Below, piece after piece: positions 1-11,394 of a stretch of DNA of 64,000 bases; position 1 is the first letter of the stretch, and each line of letters opens with the position of its first letter. The position numbers and the translations under genes are program-made. Under the pieces are notes generated by a model that did no database searches, was not told the DNA's origin, and saw only the letters and a program-made list of their open reading frames with translations. The DNA comes from an uncultured Flavobacteriaceae bacterium (GTDB lineage Bacteria; Bacteroidota; Bacteroidia; Flavobacteriales; Flavobacteriaceae), in assembly GCA_963715015.1 (NCBI GenBank), contig CAVQQR010000011.1, positions 32,846-96,845 of the forward strand, read 5' to 3'.

Positions 1-1353
1 CAATTCTGTCACTTCTTCCAGCTTTTTTTCTAACTCTAATATCTGTTTTGGAACAACGATATTGGTGATATGAATTCGAGAACCAGCTTCATCCAAAGCA
101 TCTATCGCTTTATCGGGTAAATATCTGTCTGTCATATACCTGCTCGTCAAAGTGACACAGGCTTTAATGGCCTCATCAGTAAAAGTTACACTGTGGTGAT
201 CTTCGTATTTATTTTTGATATTGTGCAAGATTTCAATGGTTTCTTCAACAGAAGTCGGTTCGACCATTACTTTTTGAAATCTTCTTTCTAAGGCACCATC
301 TTTTTCTATATGTTGTCTGTATTCGTCTAATGTGGTCGCACCAATACATTGAATTTCGCCTCTGGCAAGGGCAGGTTTGAACATATTTGAAGCATCCAGA
401 GATCCGGTGGCTCCTCCGGCGCCCACAATGGTATGAATTTCATCGATGAATAAAATGATATCATCATTCTTTTCAAGTTCATTCATCAGGGCCTTCATTC
501 TTTCTTCAAACTGACCACGGTATTTTGTTCCTGCCACTAAACTCGCCAAGTCTAACTGAACGATTCGCTTATTGAACAATATTCGCGACACTCTTCTTTG
601 GATAATTCTCAAAGCCAATCCTTCAGCAATTGCTGATTTTCCTACACCCGGTTCACCGATTAAGATCGGATTGTTCTTTTTACGTCTGCTGAGAATTTGT
701 GAAATTCTCTCAATTTCATTTTTTCTGCCCACAACAGGATCCAACTTACCAATTTCTGCCAGGTAAGTAAGATCTCTTCCGAAGTTATCTAAAACGGGTG
801 TTTTCGTTTTTTTATCGACTTTACCTTTGGCAGATCCTTCGAAGGGGTTCTTTTTTGGATCATTGAAATCTTCCTGAGGTATTTCGGCTCTTGGCGTCTC
901 GCTTTTTTCTGAATCTATATACATTTCTTGAAAAACTTCTTTTACATCGTCGTAGAATATATCAAAATTGTTTAAAATTTTTGTAGTTGGATCATTTTCA
1001 TTGCGGAGAATACACAACAATAAATGAGCAGTACTGATGCTGTCACTTTTGAACAATTTAGCTTCTAAAAAAGTACTTTTAAGCGCTTTTTCCGCTTGTT
1101 TTGTCAGGTGAAGACTTTTTTTATTATCAATATTTTCAATATTTGATACTGGGTGTAATGCTTCAATTTTCCTTCTTAAATTCGAAAAATTTATATCGAA
1201 TGAGCTCAAAATATCGTATGCTTCTCCATTGGCCTTGCGCAACAATCCTAACATCAAATGTTCTGTACCAATAAAGTCGTGTCCCAATCGCAATGCTTCT
1301 TCCTTGCTATATGCGATGACATCCTTTACTTTAGGTGAAAAATTATCGTCCAT
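1..1353 (-). CDS. clpC: ATP-dependent Clp protease ATP-binding subunit ClpC (5' part; runs off the left edge)
   Basis: Not in the ORF track. Manual translation from ATG at 1353 gives [33 protein letters not shown] (Clp N-domain), [30 protein letters not shown] (Walker A) and [13 protein letters not shown] (Walker B). Confidence 0.95.
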   Translation of the reverse strand, partial: MDDNFSPKVKDVIAYSKEEALRLGHDFIGTEHLMLGLLRKANGEAYDILSSFDINFSNLRRKIEALHPVSNIENIDNKKSLHLTKQAEKALKSTFLEAKLFKSDSISTAHLLLCILRNENDPTTKILNNFDIFYDDVKEVFQEMYIDSEKSETPRAEIPQEDFNDPKKNPFEGSAKGKVDKKTKTPVLDNFGRDLTYLAEIGKLDPVVGRKNEIERISQILSRRKKNNPILIGEPGVGKSAIAEGLALRIIQRRVSRILFNKRIVQLDLASLVAGTKYRGQFEERMKALMNELEKNDDIILFIDEIHTIVGAGGATGSLDASNMFKPALARGEIQCIGATTLDEYRQHIEKDGALERRFQKVMVEPTSVEETIEILHNIKNKYEDHHSVTFTDEAIKACVTLTSRYMTDRYLPDKAIDALDEAGSRIHITNIVVPKQILELEKKLEEVTEL

Positions 1354-1575
1354 TTTTAAGGTATTAATGATGTAAATTTAGTAGTTTTTTCGGTTAATTC
1401 CTTACAAAACTTATGCCGAGCTATTAACAAATCGATAACCCTCTTAACAACAAGTACATAAGGGCACTTATTTGTTGATAAATTATGGGAATAAAATGGG
1501 CTTCCAAGCCTTATAAAATATAGATTAATTGTATATTGCTCCTTTGTAAAAAAGTAAAAAATTCAAAATTGAAGT

Positions 1576-4092
1576 ATGGAGGAAAACGATAAGATAATCC
1601 CTATCAATATAGAGGAAGAAATGAAGTCGGCCTACATTGATTATTCAATGTCTGTTATAGTTTCAAGAGCATTGCCGGATGTGCGAGACGGTTTAAAACC
1701 TGTTCATAGAAGAGTTTTATTTGGCATGCACGAATTAGGGATTAAAGCCACAGGTGCACATAAGAAATCGGCCAGGGTCGTTGGGGAAGTTTTAGGTAAG
1801 TATCATCCACATGGTGATACCTCTGTTTATGATGCCATGGTAAGAATGGCTCAAGATTGGAGTATGCGTTATGAAATGGTAGATGGACAAGGGAACTTTG
1901 GTTCACCGGATGGAGATAGTCCGGCTGCCATGCGATATACTGAGGTAAGAATGAAAAAGATCTCGGAAGAGATGCTGGCTGATATTGAAAAGGATACCGT
2001 AGATCACAGGTTGAATTTTGATGATACATTAAACGAACCAACCGTATTGCCAACTAGGGTGCCAAGTTTATTGGTGAATGGTGCTTCGGGTATCGCTGTC
2101 GGTATGGCAACCAATATGGCTCCACATAATTTATCTGAAGTCATTGATGGAACTGTTGCTTACATAGATGATCACTCTATAGACATTACCGCTTTAATGG
2201 AGCATATCAAAGCTCCTGATTTTCCTACCGGTGGTACCATTTACGGTTATGAAGGGGTAAGAGATGCTTTTATGACAGGTCGCGGGAGAGTTGTGATCAG
2301 GGCAAAATCGCATTTTGAAGAAGTGAATGGAAGAGAGTGTATCATTGTGACTGAATTACCTTACCAGGTAAATGGATCTGAATTGTTAAAAAAGACTGCT
2401 GATCTTATCAATGATAAAAAGATCGAAGGCATCGCCAATGTAAGAGATGAAACCAGCAGGCAGGGAAGAAGGTTAGTGTATGTGCTCAAAAAGGACGCGA
2501 TTCCGAATATTGTATTAAATAAATTATTTAAATATACTGCGCTACAAACCTCATTTAGTGTCAATAACATTGCTCTTGTAAAGGGAAGACCTCAGTTGTT
2601 GAACCTTAAAGATCTCATTGTCCATTTTGTTGAACACAGGCATGAGGTAGTTGTGAGACGTACTCAATTTGAACTAGCTAAAGCTGAAGACAGAGCACAT
2701 ATCCTGGAAGGTTTAATCATTGCCTCGGATAATATTGATGAAGTCATTGAACTGATCAAAGCTTCCAGCAATGCAGAGGAAGCCAGAGAAAAATTGATGG
2801 AGCGTTTTAAATTGTCCGACAAACAGGCTCGTGCCATTGTCGAAATGAGATTGAGACAATTGACAGGTCTGGAGCAAGAGAAATTGCGTTCAGAATATGA
2901 CGACATCATTAAGCTTATTGCTGATTTGAGAGATATTTTAGGCAGTAAAGAAAGAAGAATGTCGATCATTAAAGATGAATTACTCGAGATCAAGCAAAAA
3001 TATGGTGATGAAAGAAGAACCAATATTGAGTATTCAGGAGGAGATTTGAGCATAGAGGACATTATTCCTGATAATAATGTGGTTGTCACTATTTCTCATG
3101 CCGGATATATCAAAAGAACCGATCTGACAGAGTATAAAGTGCAAAATAGAGGCGGAAGAGGGCAAAAAGGCGTGACTACCAGATCGGAGGATTTCTTGGA
3201 ACATTTGTTCATCGCAACGAACCACCAGTACATGTTGTTCTTTACTCAGAATGGAAAAGTATTCTGGATGCGTGTTTATGAAATTCCTGAAGGAAATAAG
3301 ACCTCTAAAGGAAGGGCCATTCAGAATTTGATCAATTTAGAAAGTGACGATAAGATCAAAGCATTTGTGGTGACGCAAGATTTGAAAGACGAAGATTACG
3401 TCAATAATAATTATGTGATCATGGTAACGAAGAAAGGAATTACGAAGAAAACTTCGTTGGAGCAATATTCGAGACCCAGAGCTAATGGAATCAATGCCAT
3501 CACCATTAAAGACGGAGATGAATTATTAGAGGCTAAATTAACCGATGGCAACAGTCAGATCATGATCGCGGTTAAATCGGGTAAAGCGATTCGTTTTGAA
3601 GAGAACAAAACAAGGCCTATGGGAAGAAATGCTTCCGGTGTAAGGGGAATTACTTTGGCCGGAAAGAATGACGAAGTAGTAGGTATGGTTTCTATCTCAC
3701 ATGAAGATGACAATATCTTAGTAGTTTCTGAGAAAGGATATGGAAAAAGATCTAGTCTGGAAGATTACCGTATCACCAATAGAGGAGGGAAAGGTGTCAA
3801 GACCATCAATATTACTGATAAAACAGGTAAACTGGTCTCTATCAAGAATGTAACCGATAATGATGATTTGATGATCATCAACAGGTCCGGGTTAACCATT
3901 CGCATGGCCGTTTCAGATCTTCGGGTAATGGGAAGAGCAACTCAAGGCGTTAAGTTGATCAATATAAAAGACAGCGACGAAATTGCAGCGGTTGCCAAAG
4001 TAATTCACGAAGATGAAGTGGAAGACGATGAAATAATAGAAAAAAACGGTGATAATGATGCAAATAATGATGAAAATCATACTGTTGAATAA
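1576..4092 (+). CDS. gyrA: DNA gyrase subunit A
   Basis: [29 protein letters not shown] (catalytic Tyr), GyrA-box QNRGGRG and an acidic tail. Confidence 0.98.
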   Translation: MEENDKIIPINIEEEMKSAYIDYSMSVIVSRALPDVRDGLKPVHRRVLFGMHELGIKATGAHKKSARVVGEVLGKYHPHGDTSVYDAMVRMAQDWSMRYEMVDGQGNFGSPDGDSPAAMRYTEVRMKKISEEMLADIEKDTVDHRLNFDDTLNEPTVLPTRVPSLLVNGASGIAVGMATNMAPHNLSEVIDGTVAYIDDHSIDITALMEHIKAPDFPTGGTIYGYEGVRDAFMTGRGRVVIRAKSHFEEVNGRECIIVTELPYQVNGSELLKKTADLINDKKIEGIANVRDETSRQGRRLVYVLKKDAIPNIVLNKLFKYTALQTSFSVNNIALVKGRPQLLNLKDLIVHFVEHRHEVVVRRTQFELAKAEDRAHILEGLIIASDNIDEVIELIKASSNAEEAREKLMERFKLSDKQARAIVEMRLRQLTGLEQEKLRSEYDDIIKLIADLRDILGSKERRMSIIKDELLEIKQKYGDERRTNIEYSGGDLSIEDIIPDNNVVVTISHAGYIKRTDLTEYKVQNRGGRGQKGVTTRSEDFLEHLFIATNHQYMLFFTQNGKVFWMRVYEIPEGNKTSKGRAIQNLINLESDDKIKAFVVTQDLKDEDYVNNNYVIMVTKKGITKKTSLEQYSRPRANGINAITIKDGDELLEAKLTDGNSQIMIAVKSGKAIRFEENKTRPMGRNASGVRGITLAGKNDEVVGMVSISHEDDNILVVSEKGYGKRSSLEDYRITNRGGKGVKTINITDKTGKLVSIKNVTDNDDLMIINRSGLTIRMAVSDLRVMGRATQGVKLINIKDSDEIAAVAKVIHEDEVEDDEIIEKNGDNDANNDENHTVE

Positions 4093-4102
4093 TTCAAAAT
4101 AG

Positions 4103-4110
4103 TAATTTTG
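4103..4110 (+). promoter_or_regulatory. Bacteroidota sigma70 -7 element (TAATTTTG) for the TPR gene
   Basis: Matches TAnnTTTG about 45 nt upstream of the ATG at 4155. Confidence 0.55.
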
Positions 4111-4154
4111 CGCCGGTATTAAACTATTAAAATTAAAATTTATAATTAAATCAA

Positions 4155-5415
4155 ATGAAAAAAACAATTATGATGTTGGTAATGATGATAATTTCATTAG
4201 CAACGTTTGCCCAAAAAAATGAATTGAAAGCAGCGGACAAAGCAATCAAATCTAATGATTATGCTTCAGCGAAAACTGCAATTGAGCAATTAGAAGGCAT
4301 GGTGGGATCAATGGATGATAAAACGAAAGCCAATTTTTATTATCTCCAGTTTATGACTTACAGCGGTCTTGCCAAGACTAATATTGACTATTACGAGAAG
4401 ACTGCGCAGGCTTATAGTAACCTGGTTTCAACTGAAACTAACATCAAAGGATCCAAGTATACTGATTTGGCTGCTTCTGAATTGAATACTTTAGTCTCTG
4501 ATATTTCTGCAAAAGGTATTGCGGATTATCAGAATGGTGATTATGCCAAATCTAAAAAGGAACTTCATGAGGTTTATGCCTTGAGTCCTAAAGATACTGT
4601 GTTCTTAGAATACGCTGCCAATGCTGCTTATCTTGGACAAAGATTACGATTTGGCCTTAGATTACTTTACAAAACTGAAAGATGTAGGTTATACAGGTAT
4701 TACTACTGAATATTCAGCTATGAATACCGAAACCAAAGAAAGAGAAGTGTTTGCTTCAAAATCAGAAATGGATTTGATGAAAAAATCTAAAAACTACACA
4801 GATTTTAAAATCACAAATACAGAGTCTAAAAAACCTACCATCATTAAAAACATCGCTTTTACTTACGTAGAGCAGGGTGATGCTCAAAAGGCTATAGCCG
4901 CTGTTCAGGACGCAAGAAAAATAGATCCAAAAGATGTTGGCTTAATTTTAACTGAGGCTAATCTTCACATTAAACTTGACCAAAAAGAAGAATTTGCCCG
5001 ATTGATGGAAGAAGCTATTCGTTTAGATCCAAACAATCCTGTTCTGTATTATAACCTCGGTGTGATTAGCGCGGAGCAAGGAGAAATGGACAAAGCAAAA
5101 GACTATTACAAAAAGGCAATTGAAATTGATCCTAATTACACTGATGCCTATATCAATTTAGGTTCTGCTATGTTGGATGCTGATAAAGCTTTAGTTGAGC
5201 AAATGAATCAAAACTTGAGTAATTTCAAGAAATATGATGAAATTAAAGCTAAGCAGGTAGATCTATACAAGGAAGTTATTCCCATCTATGAAAAAGCAAA
5301 TACCATCAAGCCAAATGATATGGATATTGTCAGAACGTTAATGAGTTTATACGAAAACACTGAGAACGACAGCAAGTACAAAGAAATGAAAGCTATTTAC
5401 GATTCTTTGAGATAG
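4155..5415 (+). pseudogene. Secreted tetratricopeptide-repeat protein, frameshifted at about 4632-4636 (real or sequencing error)
   Basis: ORF 4155-4709 has a signal peptide and ORF 4621-5415 has TPR motifs (YYNLGV, AYINLG). Removing one base from tatcttggacaaa joins them as ...YAANAAYL-DKDYDLAL... Confidence 0.8.
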
Positions 5416-5435
5416 ATAAAGTTTCCAATAATACT

Positions 5436-5465
5436 AAAAGACCTCTTTATTAGAGGTCTTTTTTT
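5436..5465. terminator. Bidirectional intrinsic terminator between convergent genes
   Basis: aaaagacctct-ttatt-agaggtctttttt. Confidence 0.75.
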
Positions 5466-6649
5466 GTTTTTACTTTTGAGTCATTATTCCAATAATAAAA
5501 CCACAAATAACCATATCTCGTATAAAGTGCCACTAAAATAGGAATCAGGGCAATTGAAAATACCTGTACTTTAGATAACCAAAGCACAGCCAAAAGATCC
5601 AGACCGACGAGCAATGTCAAAAGGTAATAGCGGCTTAATTTTTCGTTCTTATTTTGTAGGAAAACAAAAAATAAATTTGGCGCGAAAGCCCAAAGAATAT
5701 TAAAATTGTTCGCTGTAGCCGTATGGTCTGTAGCAAACCATAACAACAATAAAAGAACACCCAAGATACCGGTTATTGAAAAAATAAACACATCCAAAAC
5801 CCTATTTATAGTCTTATTTTTATAGTCTTTATAGGTTAGAAAAACGATCAATAAGGCTAGTGAACTAAAAACAACTAATGGTGTAAAAGGAGATTTTTTT
5901 TGTACCTCCGGCTGACTTTGAAGTAAAACTTTTGTTTGGCGGACCAATGGTATTTCTTTGTTTTCAGCTTTGATCTTCACATGGTCCATACCTTTTAACA
6001 CATAATCCGGCAAAAACATATATTGCTTTGTCGATATTTCGCGGTCAATCACAGAACCTAAGGCCAGATCAATACCAAAATCGCTCCATTTTAAATTAGT
6101 TAAATACTGTTGGATCAATTCTCTATGTGTGAAATCGGTTGGCTCATAATTATCGTCAAATAACAACTGATCTTTTAACGTTTTTTCCAGGACCTGATAC
6201 ATTTTCGTAGAGCAATTATCATAAAAGAAATCGTATTTATACCCTCTGTTTGCAGGCTTTTCATTTTCTTCAAGAAAATCATAGATCGATTGTTTTTGTT
6301 GTTGATCGAGATTTAATATTTGTTCTTTTACCCAACGGTTTTCTTCCTGATAACTCCTTAAAAAATGGCTAAAAGGATAGGCACGAAGTTCATATAACAA
6401 TTTTCCTCGAACAAATTTTGCATAGAAATTAGGAGTGGCGAAATTAAAGGTCCCATAATTGTAGACCTTATCCATATTGCGTTTACGATCGAGAATTCTG
6501 AAGGCACTATGACCAAAGGTAGAATACAATTCTGATCCCGGGCCACAGGTGATCACACTTATTTCTGCTCCGTCAGAAAGCAGGTCAGACTGCGAGAAGG
6601 AAGACATCCACCAGCTCAAACATATGATAAGGAATATTTTTCTTTGCAT
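5450..6649 (-). CDS. DUF4105 membrane protein, lipoprotein N-acyltransferase Lnb-like
   Basis: Signal peptide, LYSTFGHSAFRI, YNYGTF, YDFFYDNCST (His/Cys pair) and about four C-terminal TM helices. Confidence 0.75.
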   Translation of the reverse strand: MQRKIFLIICLSWWMSSFSQSDLLSDGAEISVITCGPGSELYSTFGHSAFRILDRKRNMDKVYNYGTFNFATPNFYAKFVRGKLLYELRAYPFSHFLRSYQEENRWVKEQILNLDQQQKQSIYDFLEENEKPANRGYKYDFFYDNCSTKMYQVLEKTLKDQLLFDDNYEPTDFTHRELIQQYLTNLKWSDFGIDLALGSVIDREISTKQYMFLPDYVLKGMDHVKIKAENKEIPLVRQTKVLLQSQPEVQKKSPFTPLVVFSSLALLIVFLTYKDYKNKTINRVLDVFIFSITGILGVLLLLLWFATDHTATANNFNILWAFAPNLFFVFLQNKNEKLSRYYLLTLLVGLDLLAVLWLSKVQVFSIALIPILVALYTRYGYLWFYYWNNDSKVKTKKDL

Positions 6650-7741
6650 TTAACGAAAGTAACTTAAATCAAACTTTAATGAAAATATATTTGAAAACAA
6701 GGTCCCATTTAAACCGGCAATATTCGCCAGTGCATAGTCGATCTGGATACCTGAATACCTAAAACCTATCCCGACATTCGGCTCGAAAACTACTGATTCA
6801 CTTTGGTCGAATTCCAATTGTTGCTGAAAATTATTTACTCCTGCGCGTAAAAAGACCATGTTTATATAATCTACTTGTAGGCCAAAAGCCGGATCCACAC
6901 TTAAAAATGAGGTCGAAATAAGGTCGTTGGTCTCATAGAATCGCATATTCAGATCGAATTCTGTCAGCAAGCTGAAATCTCTAAATAGTTCAAATTTTTT
7001 CGCTACCCCCAATTGTGCCTTGGGTTTTGTGAGTTCTATGGTTTCGGGTTTTTGTTCATTTGCTCCGGGAATTGCAGATTGCACTTTAGCAAATTCTTCC
7101 TGATCAATAGACCAGGCATTAAAAGTGGTCGTAATATCGCGTATCATCAATCCAAATTTCCAATCCGTTTTTGTTTGGTATTGCATGCCTGCGTCCAGAC
7201 CAAAGCCCCAAGAAGAGGCAAAATCACCAATTTGTCTGTGGACAACTTTCCCATTGACCCCCAGACTGATACCGGATAAAATTAATTTTCTCGCATAGCC
7301 TAAGGTCAGTGCGTAATCGGCGGCAGAAAAAAGACTGATATTATCATAATTGATATTGCCTTGGCTGTCTATCAATTCAGTTGTATTAAGAATATCGTCA
7401 ACACCAAAGCGGATCAAAGAAACTCCAATGGCACTCACACCGTCAATGGGTTGTGCATATGCAGCAAAATCATATTTTCCGATACCTTGGAAATATTCTG
7501 CATGCATCAGAGATCCTTCTATATCTCGTGTATTTACCAAACCGGCAGGATTCCAATACACAGCGTTGACATCAGAGGAAGAAGCGATAACCGCTTTGCC
7601 CATACCAAAAGAGGCCGCATCGACTCCCAAATTCAGAAATTCGTTGGAATAATTTCTCAATGACTGCCCGATAACAGCGGTTGAAAAAAGGAATAAAAAA
7701 ATTAAATTGGCACGAAGGATCAAATTTCGAATTTTCAACAA
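6650..7741 (-). CDS. PorV/PorQ-family outer-membrane beta-barrel (T9SS-associated)
   Basis: YSNEFLNLGVDAASFGMG and YWNPAGL (FadL/PorV-type N-terminus), followed by amphipathic beta strands. Confidence 0.8.
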   Translation of the reverse strand: MLKIRNLILRANLIFLFLFSTAVIGQSLRNYSNEFLNLGVDAASFGMGKAVIASSSDVNAVYWNPAGLVNTRDIEGSLMHAEYFQGIGKYDFAAYAQPIDGVSAIGVSLIRFGVDDILNTTELIDSQGNINYDNISLFSAADYALTLGYARKLILSGISLGVNGKVVHRQIGDFASSWGFGLDAGMQYQTKTDWKFGLMIRDITTTFNAWSIDQEEFAKVQSAIPGANEQKPETIELTKPKAQLGVAKKFELFRDFSLLTEFDLNMRFYETNDLISTSFLSVDPAFGLQVDYINMVFLRAGVNNFQQQLEFDQSESVVFEPNVGIGFRYSGIQIDYALANIAGLNGTLFSNIFSLKFDLSYFR

Positions 7742-7781
7742 ATATAAATAATCTCAACTATCCCAAACCTCAAAAAAAAGC

Positions 7782-8736
7782 TTAAGCAGATCTGAAAAAT
7801 TCAAGAATTCTATTTTCAAGCCAAAAATCCTTTTTGTAGTTCAGCATCGCATTAAAACCCACATGGCCTCCGAAATTAGGTGTTTCCAGATGAACATAAT
7901 GATTGTTCTGAGCTTCTTCAAAAGGGAAACAGGATTTGCTTAAAAACGGGTCGTCCAAAGCGGAAATGATCAGGGTCTTTTTTTCTATAAAAGGAATAAA
8001 TGGTTTGCTACTGCATCGTTTGTAATAATCTAAGGCATCTTTAAAGCCATGGGCAGGAGCGGTATAGATATTATCAAACTCTGTAAAACTTTTTATTTGA
8101 TTGATTTTTTCCCCATCCAATGGCACCTTAAAAATTTCATTTTTTTTGATCAACTTAGGTTTTAAAGTATTCAGAAATCGGTACAGGTAAATGAAATTTT
8201 TCGGTTTCATTATTTCTACGGATGAAGCTTGCAAGTCGCAGGGAACCGAAATTGCCACGGCTTTGTTCACCACATTATTCTTCTGCGTTTCACCTAAAAA
8301 TTTCAGGGTCTGATTACCCCCCAGGCTATAGCCCACTAAAAAAATATTCTGATACTTTGTCGATATTGATGACATGGTTCAGCACGTATTCTAAATCCCG
8401 GGTCTCACCACTGTGATAGGATTTGTACAAGCGATTGATCTCTCCGCTACAACCTCTCAAATTCATTGCCAGCACATCAAAATTTTGTTCTATAGCTTTT
8501 AGCCCGAGTGAAATAACGTACTTTGATTCTGTACTTCCTTCTAATCCATGAATAATTAAAACAAGATCCTGATTTCCTCTCCGGATCCAGTCGAGATCCA
8601 AAAAATCACCATCAGGCGTATCAATTCGTTCTCTTTCGTAATCGAGCTGAAATTGGTGAACAAGTGTTCTATAAATGGTGTTGAAATGACCATTTTTAAA
8701 AAAGAGATCTGGTCGATATGTAGATTCCAGGACCAT
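7782..8736 (-). pseudogene. YheT-family alpha/beta hydrolase, frameshifted at about 8356-8358
   Basis: N-part has DGDFLDLDW, HGLEG and YHSGET. C-part has GYSLGG (nucleophile), DDPF and GGHVGF. Removing one A from minus-strand GACAAAGTAT gives ...NIDK-YQNIFLVGYSLGG. Confidence 0.8.
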
Positions 8737-8737
8737 G

Positions 8738-10054
8738 CTATTTATTTAAGGCTTTTTTGACTAAATTTTCGGGTAATGATTTTTGTGCATTGGCCCCTAA
8801 TTTTTTTAATTGATCAATTCTGCCAACGATATTTCCTTTCCCGGTAGAAAGTTTATTCATGGCGTTATCATAGCTATTTTTAGATGCATCGAGTTGGTTG
8901 CCAATTTTGATCATGTCTTGAATAAATCCTTCAAATTTATCATATAGACTTCCTGCATGTTTCGCAATTTCGATCACATTTTGTTTTTGATCTTCCTGTT
9001 TCCAAATAGATGCAACCGTGGACATAGTTGCCAAAAGGGTAGAGGTAGAGACCAATACCACATTTTTATGCAAGGCTTCGAGAAAAATATTCTTGTCGTT
9101 TTTAAGTGCCACCATCAGCGCCGGTTCGATGGGAATGTACATTAACACAAAATCAGGACTTTGAACTCCGTATAGTGCTTCATATTTCTTCTGATTTAAA
9201 TTTTTGATATGATTTTTAATACTGAGCATTAGTTTTTTTAGACCTTCATTTTCTTCTTCCGGAGAGTTGGAATTGTAATACAATTCATACCCTTTCAAAG
9301 ACACTTTCGCATCGATGATCATACATTTATTTTCGGGGAGATGTATGATGAAATCAGGTCGTTTGATCAAACCGTCGTCATCCTTTTGGCCGGTCTGTGC
9401 ACTGAAATGGATATCCTTTTTTAAGCCTGATCTTTCTAAAAGGGTTTCGAGTTGAAATTCTCCCCAGTCACCCTGTTTTTTTTGATCTCCTTTGAGCGCT
9501 TTGGTCAGGTTCAGGGCTTCCGTACTCATTTTTTCATTGAGTCGCATTAATCCGGAAATTTGTTCTTTTAAAGCGGACTGCCTGTCGATCGTATCGCGAT
9601 GAATATTCTCGACCTTCGATTCGAAACTTTTGATCTTTTCTTTGAGAGGATCCAGAATTTGGGTTAAATTATCTTTGTTTGTTTGGGTGTATTTTTTAGT
9701 TTTTTCTTCCAGAATTTTATTGGCCAATACCTCGAATTCATCCTTAAACCTTTTTTGCAAATGCTCCATGTCTTTTACCTGTTCATGCATTTTTTGCTGG
9801 GCATAATCCAGTTGCGCATTGGATTTTGTCAGGTCAATGATCAAAGATTCGTTTTTGTTTCTCTCCTCGTTCAGTTGTTCTGTGAGCTCCTTGACATTTA
9901 ACAAAAGTTTTTGCTCCAGGTTTTTAAGTGATTCGATTGAAGATTGTTGAAAAGTGATTTTTCTATCGTTCATTACTTTACATATTAAATAAGTAAGCAG
10001 AATTCCTACAAGAAAAATCAAAATAAAATAGAGAAAGGTGTAATCTTCATTCAT
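8738..10054 (-). CDS. rmuC: DNA recombination protein RmuC
   Basis: N-terminal TM helix, coiled coil, QGDWGE, RPDFIIHLP, IIDAKVSL and PDFVLMYIPIE. Confidence 0.93.
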   Translation of the reverse strand: MNEDYTFLYFILIFLVGILLTYLICKVMNDRKITFQQSSIESLKNLEQKLLLNVKELTEQLNEERNKNESLIIDLTKSNAQLDYAQQKMHEQVKDMEHLQKRFKDEFEVLANKILEEKTKKYTQTNKDNLTQILDPLKEKIKSFESKVENIHRDTIDRQSALKEQISGLMRLNEKMSTEALNLTKALKGDQKKQGDWGEFQLETLLERSGLKKDIHFSAQTGQKDDDGLIKRPDFIIHLPENKCMIIDAKVSLKGYELYYNSNSPEEENEGLKKLMLSIKNHIKNLNQKKYEALYGVQSPDFVLMYIPIEPALMVALKNDKNIFLEALHKNVVLVSTSTLLATMSTVASIWKQEDQKQNVIEIAKHAGSLYDKFEGFIQDMIKIGNQLDASKNSYDNAMNKLSTGKGNIVGRIDQLKKLGANAQKSLPENLVKKALNK

Positions 10055-10134
10055 GGTAAGAAAATTATCGATATTTTAGTTGTTTCTATCGAGATACTAT
10101 ATTACAAAATTAAGACCACAAACGATTATCAGAT

Positions 10135-10698
10135 ATGCAAAGTCTTTCCAAATTTATGTTAGAAAAGGTGATGGGCTGGAAGGTTGTGAACAGATTTCCT
10201 ACCGAACTCAAGAAGTACATCATTATAGTTGCGCCGCATACAAGCTGGGTGGACTTTCCTGTTGGTGTTTTTGTAAACTACAGTGAAAAACTAGGCGCTA
10301 ATTATATTGCTAAACACACTTTATTTAAACCTCCATTTGGATTTATGTTTAAAGCATTGGGAGGCACACCGGTAGATAGAAGTAAAAGTGAGAGCAGGGT
10401 AGAAGCAATCATCAAAATATTCAATGAAAGCGAACGATTCGTGCTCACCTTATCGCCAGAAGGAACAAGAAAAGCTGTGAGTAAATGGAAAACCGGATTT
10501 TACTATGTAGCTAAAGGAGCTAAGATCCCTATTGTGATGTGCGCATTTAATTATGAAAAGAAAGAAGTGGTGGTGTCAGAGCCCTATACCATCACCGGAG
10601 ATGAAAAGGCAGATTTTGAACACTTTCATCATTTCTTTAAACATATGAAGGGAAAAAAAAGGGATCAATTCAATCCAGACTTTCATTTAAATTTATAG
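10135..10698 (+). CDS. 1-acyl-sn-glycerol-3-phosphate acyltransferase family protein
   Basis: PHTSWVD (HX4D), PEGTR and KTGFYY. Confidence 0.88.
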   Translation: MQSLSKFMLEKVMGWKVVNRFPTELKKYIIIVAPHTSWVDFPVGVFVNYSEKLGANYIAKHTLFKPPFGFMFKALGGTPVDRSKSESRVEAIIKIFNESERFVLTLSPEGTRKAVSKWKTGFYYVAKGAKIPIVMCAFNYEKKEVVVSEPYTITGDEKADFEHFHHFFKHMKGKKRDQFNPDFHLNL

Positions 10699-10702
10699 GG
10701 AA

Positions 10703-11374
10703 TCAACTATTCTTTCTTGCGTTTCCTTTAATAAATTTTGCGATATTAATGGCCATTATGATCGTCAGAAAAAGTTGGCCCGAAAGAGCGAGCAATAAGG
10801 AAAGTGCTTGTGCTTTTTCGGTCATAGGTGTTATGTCGCCATAGCCAAGCGTGGTTACCGAAACAAAACTGAAATAGATCAATTGGTATAATTTTAGTTC
10901 CATACCACCAGAATGGACAAATGAATCCGGGTTAACGATATTTAATCCAGCACACAAGAATCCGCCAATTATCCCAATAATGACATACCCCGTGACAGAG
11001 GCCAGCAATAAATTCTTGGATTCACCTTTTGAGGACATCGCCTCTTTTAAGACATAAAAAAAAGCGCCAAGTATCAGAATGGAGATCCCCAATTGTGATG
11101 AAAAAACAAGGGCTTCTCCGTTTAAAAAAATACTCAGAATGATAAAAACGAAAGTGAAATAACTCGTAAATCTTAAAATACTATTTTTATGGACGATAAA
11201 ATAACTCGCGATCACAATTAAAATTAAGATGGAATTGGAATAGTTTTTCATCCATAACACATCTTCATCGATAAAAGGAGGACTAAAGACAAGCAGGAGC
11301 AGAGATATCAGCAAAAGCAGTATTTTATGCTCTTCGAAGAAACGGAGAATTGGAAAATTAGATTTTCTAAACAT
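10703..11374 (-). CDS. Potassium channel family protein (Ion_trans_2)
   Basis: YFSFVSVTTLGYGDITP pore/selectivity filter and multiple TM helices. Confidence 0.85.
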   Translation of the reverse strand: MFRKSNFPILRFFEEHKILLLLISLLLLVFSPPFIDEDVLWMKNYSNSILILIVIASYFIVHKNSILRFTSYFTFVFIILSIFLNGEALVFSSQLGISILILGAFFYVLKEAMSSKGESKNLLLASVTGYVIIGIIGGFLCAGLNIVNPDSFVHSGGMELKLYQLIYFSFVSVTTLGYGDITPMTEKAQALSLLLALSGQLFLTIIMAINIAKFIKGNARKNS

Positions 11375-11394
11375 AGTACAACGAACTCACTTTT

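Noticed and set aside
572-766. 64-aa plus-strand ORF, and the many other short antisense ORFs in the track
   Set aside because: They lie antisense or out of frame within clear genes (here clpC) and have no motifs.
1800-1840. GyrA QRDR has Thr at the Ser83-equivalent position (HGDTSVYD)
   Set aside because: Thr is the usual wild-type residue in flavobacteria, so it is not evidence of quinolone resistance.
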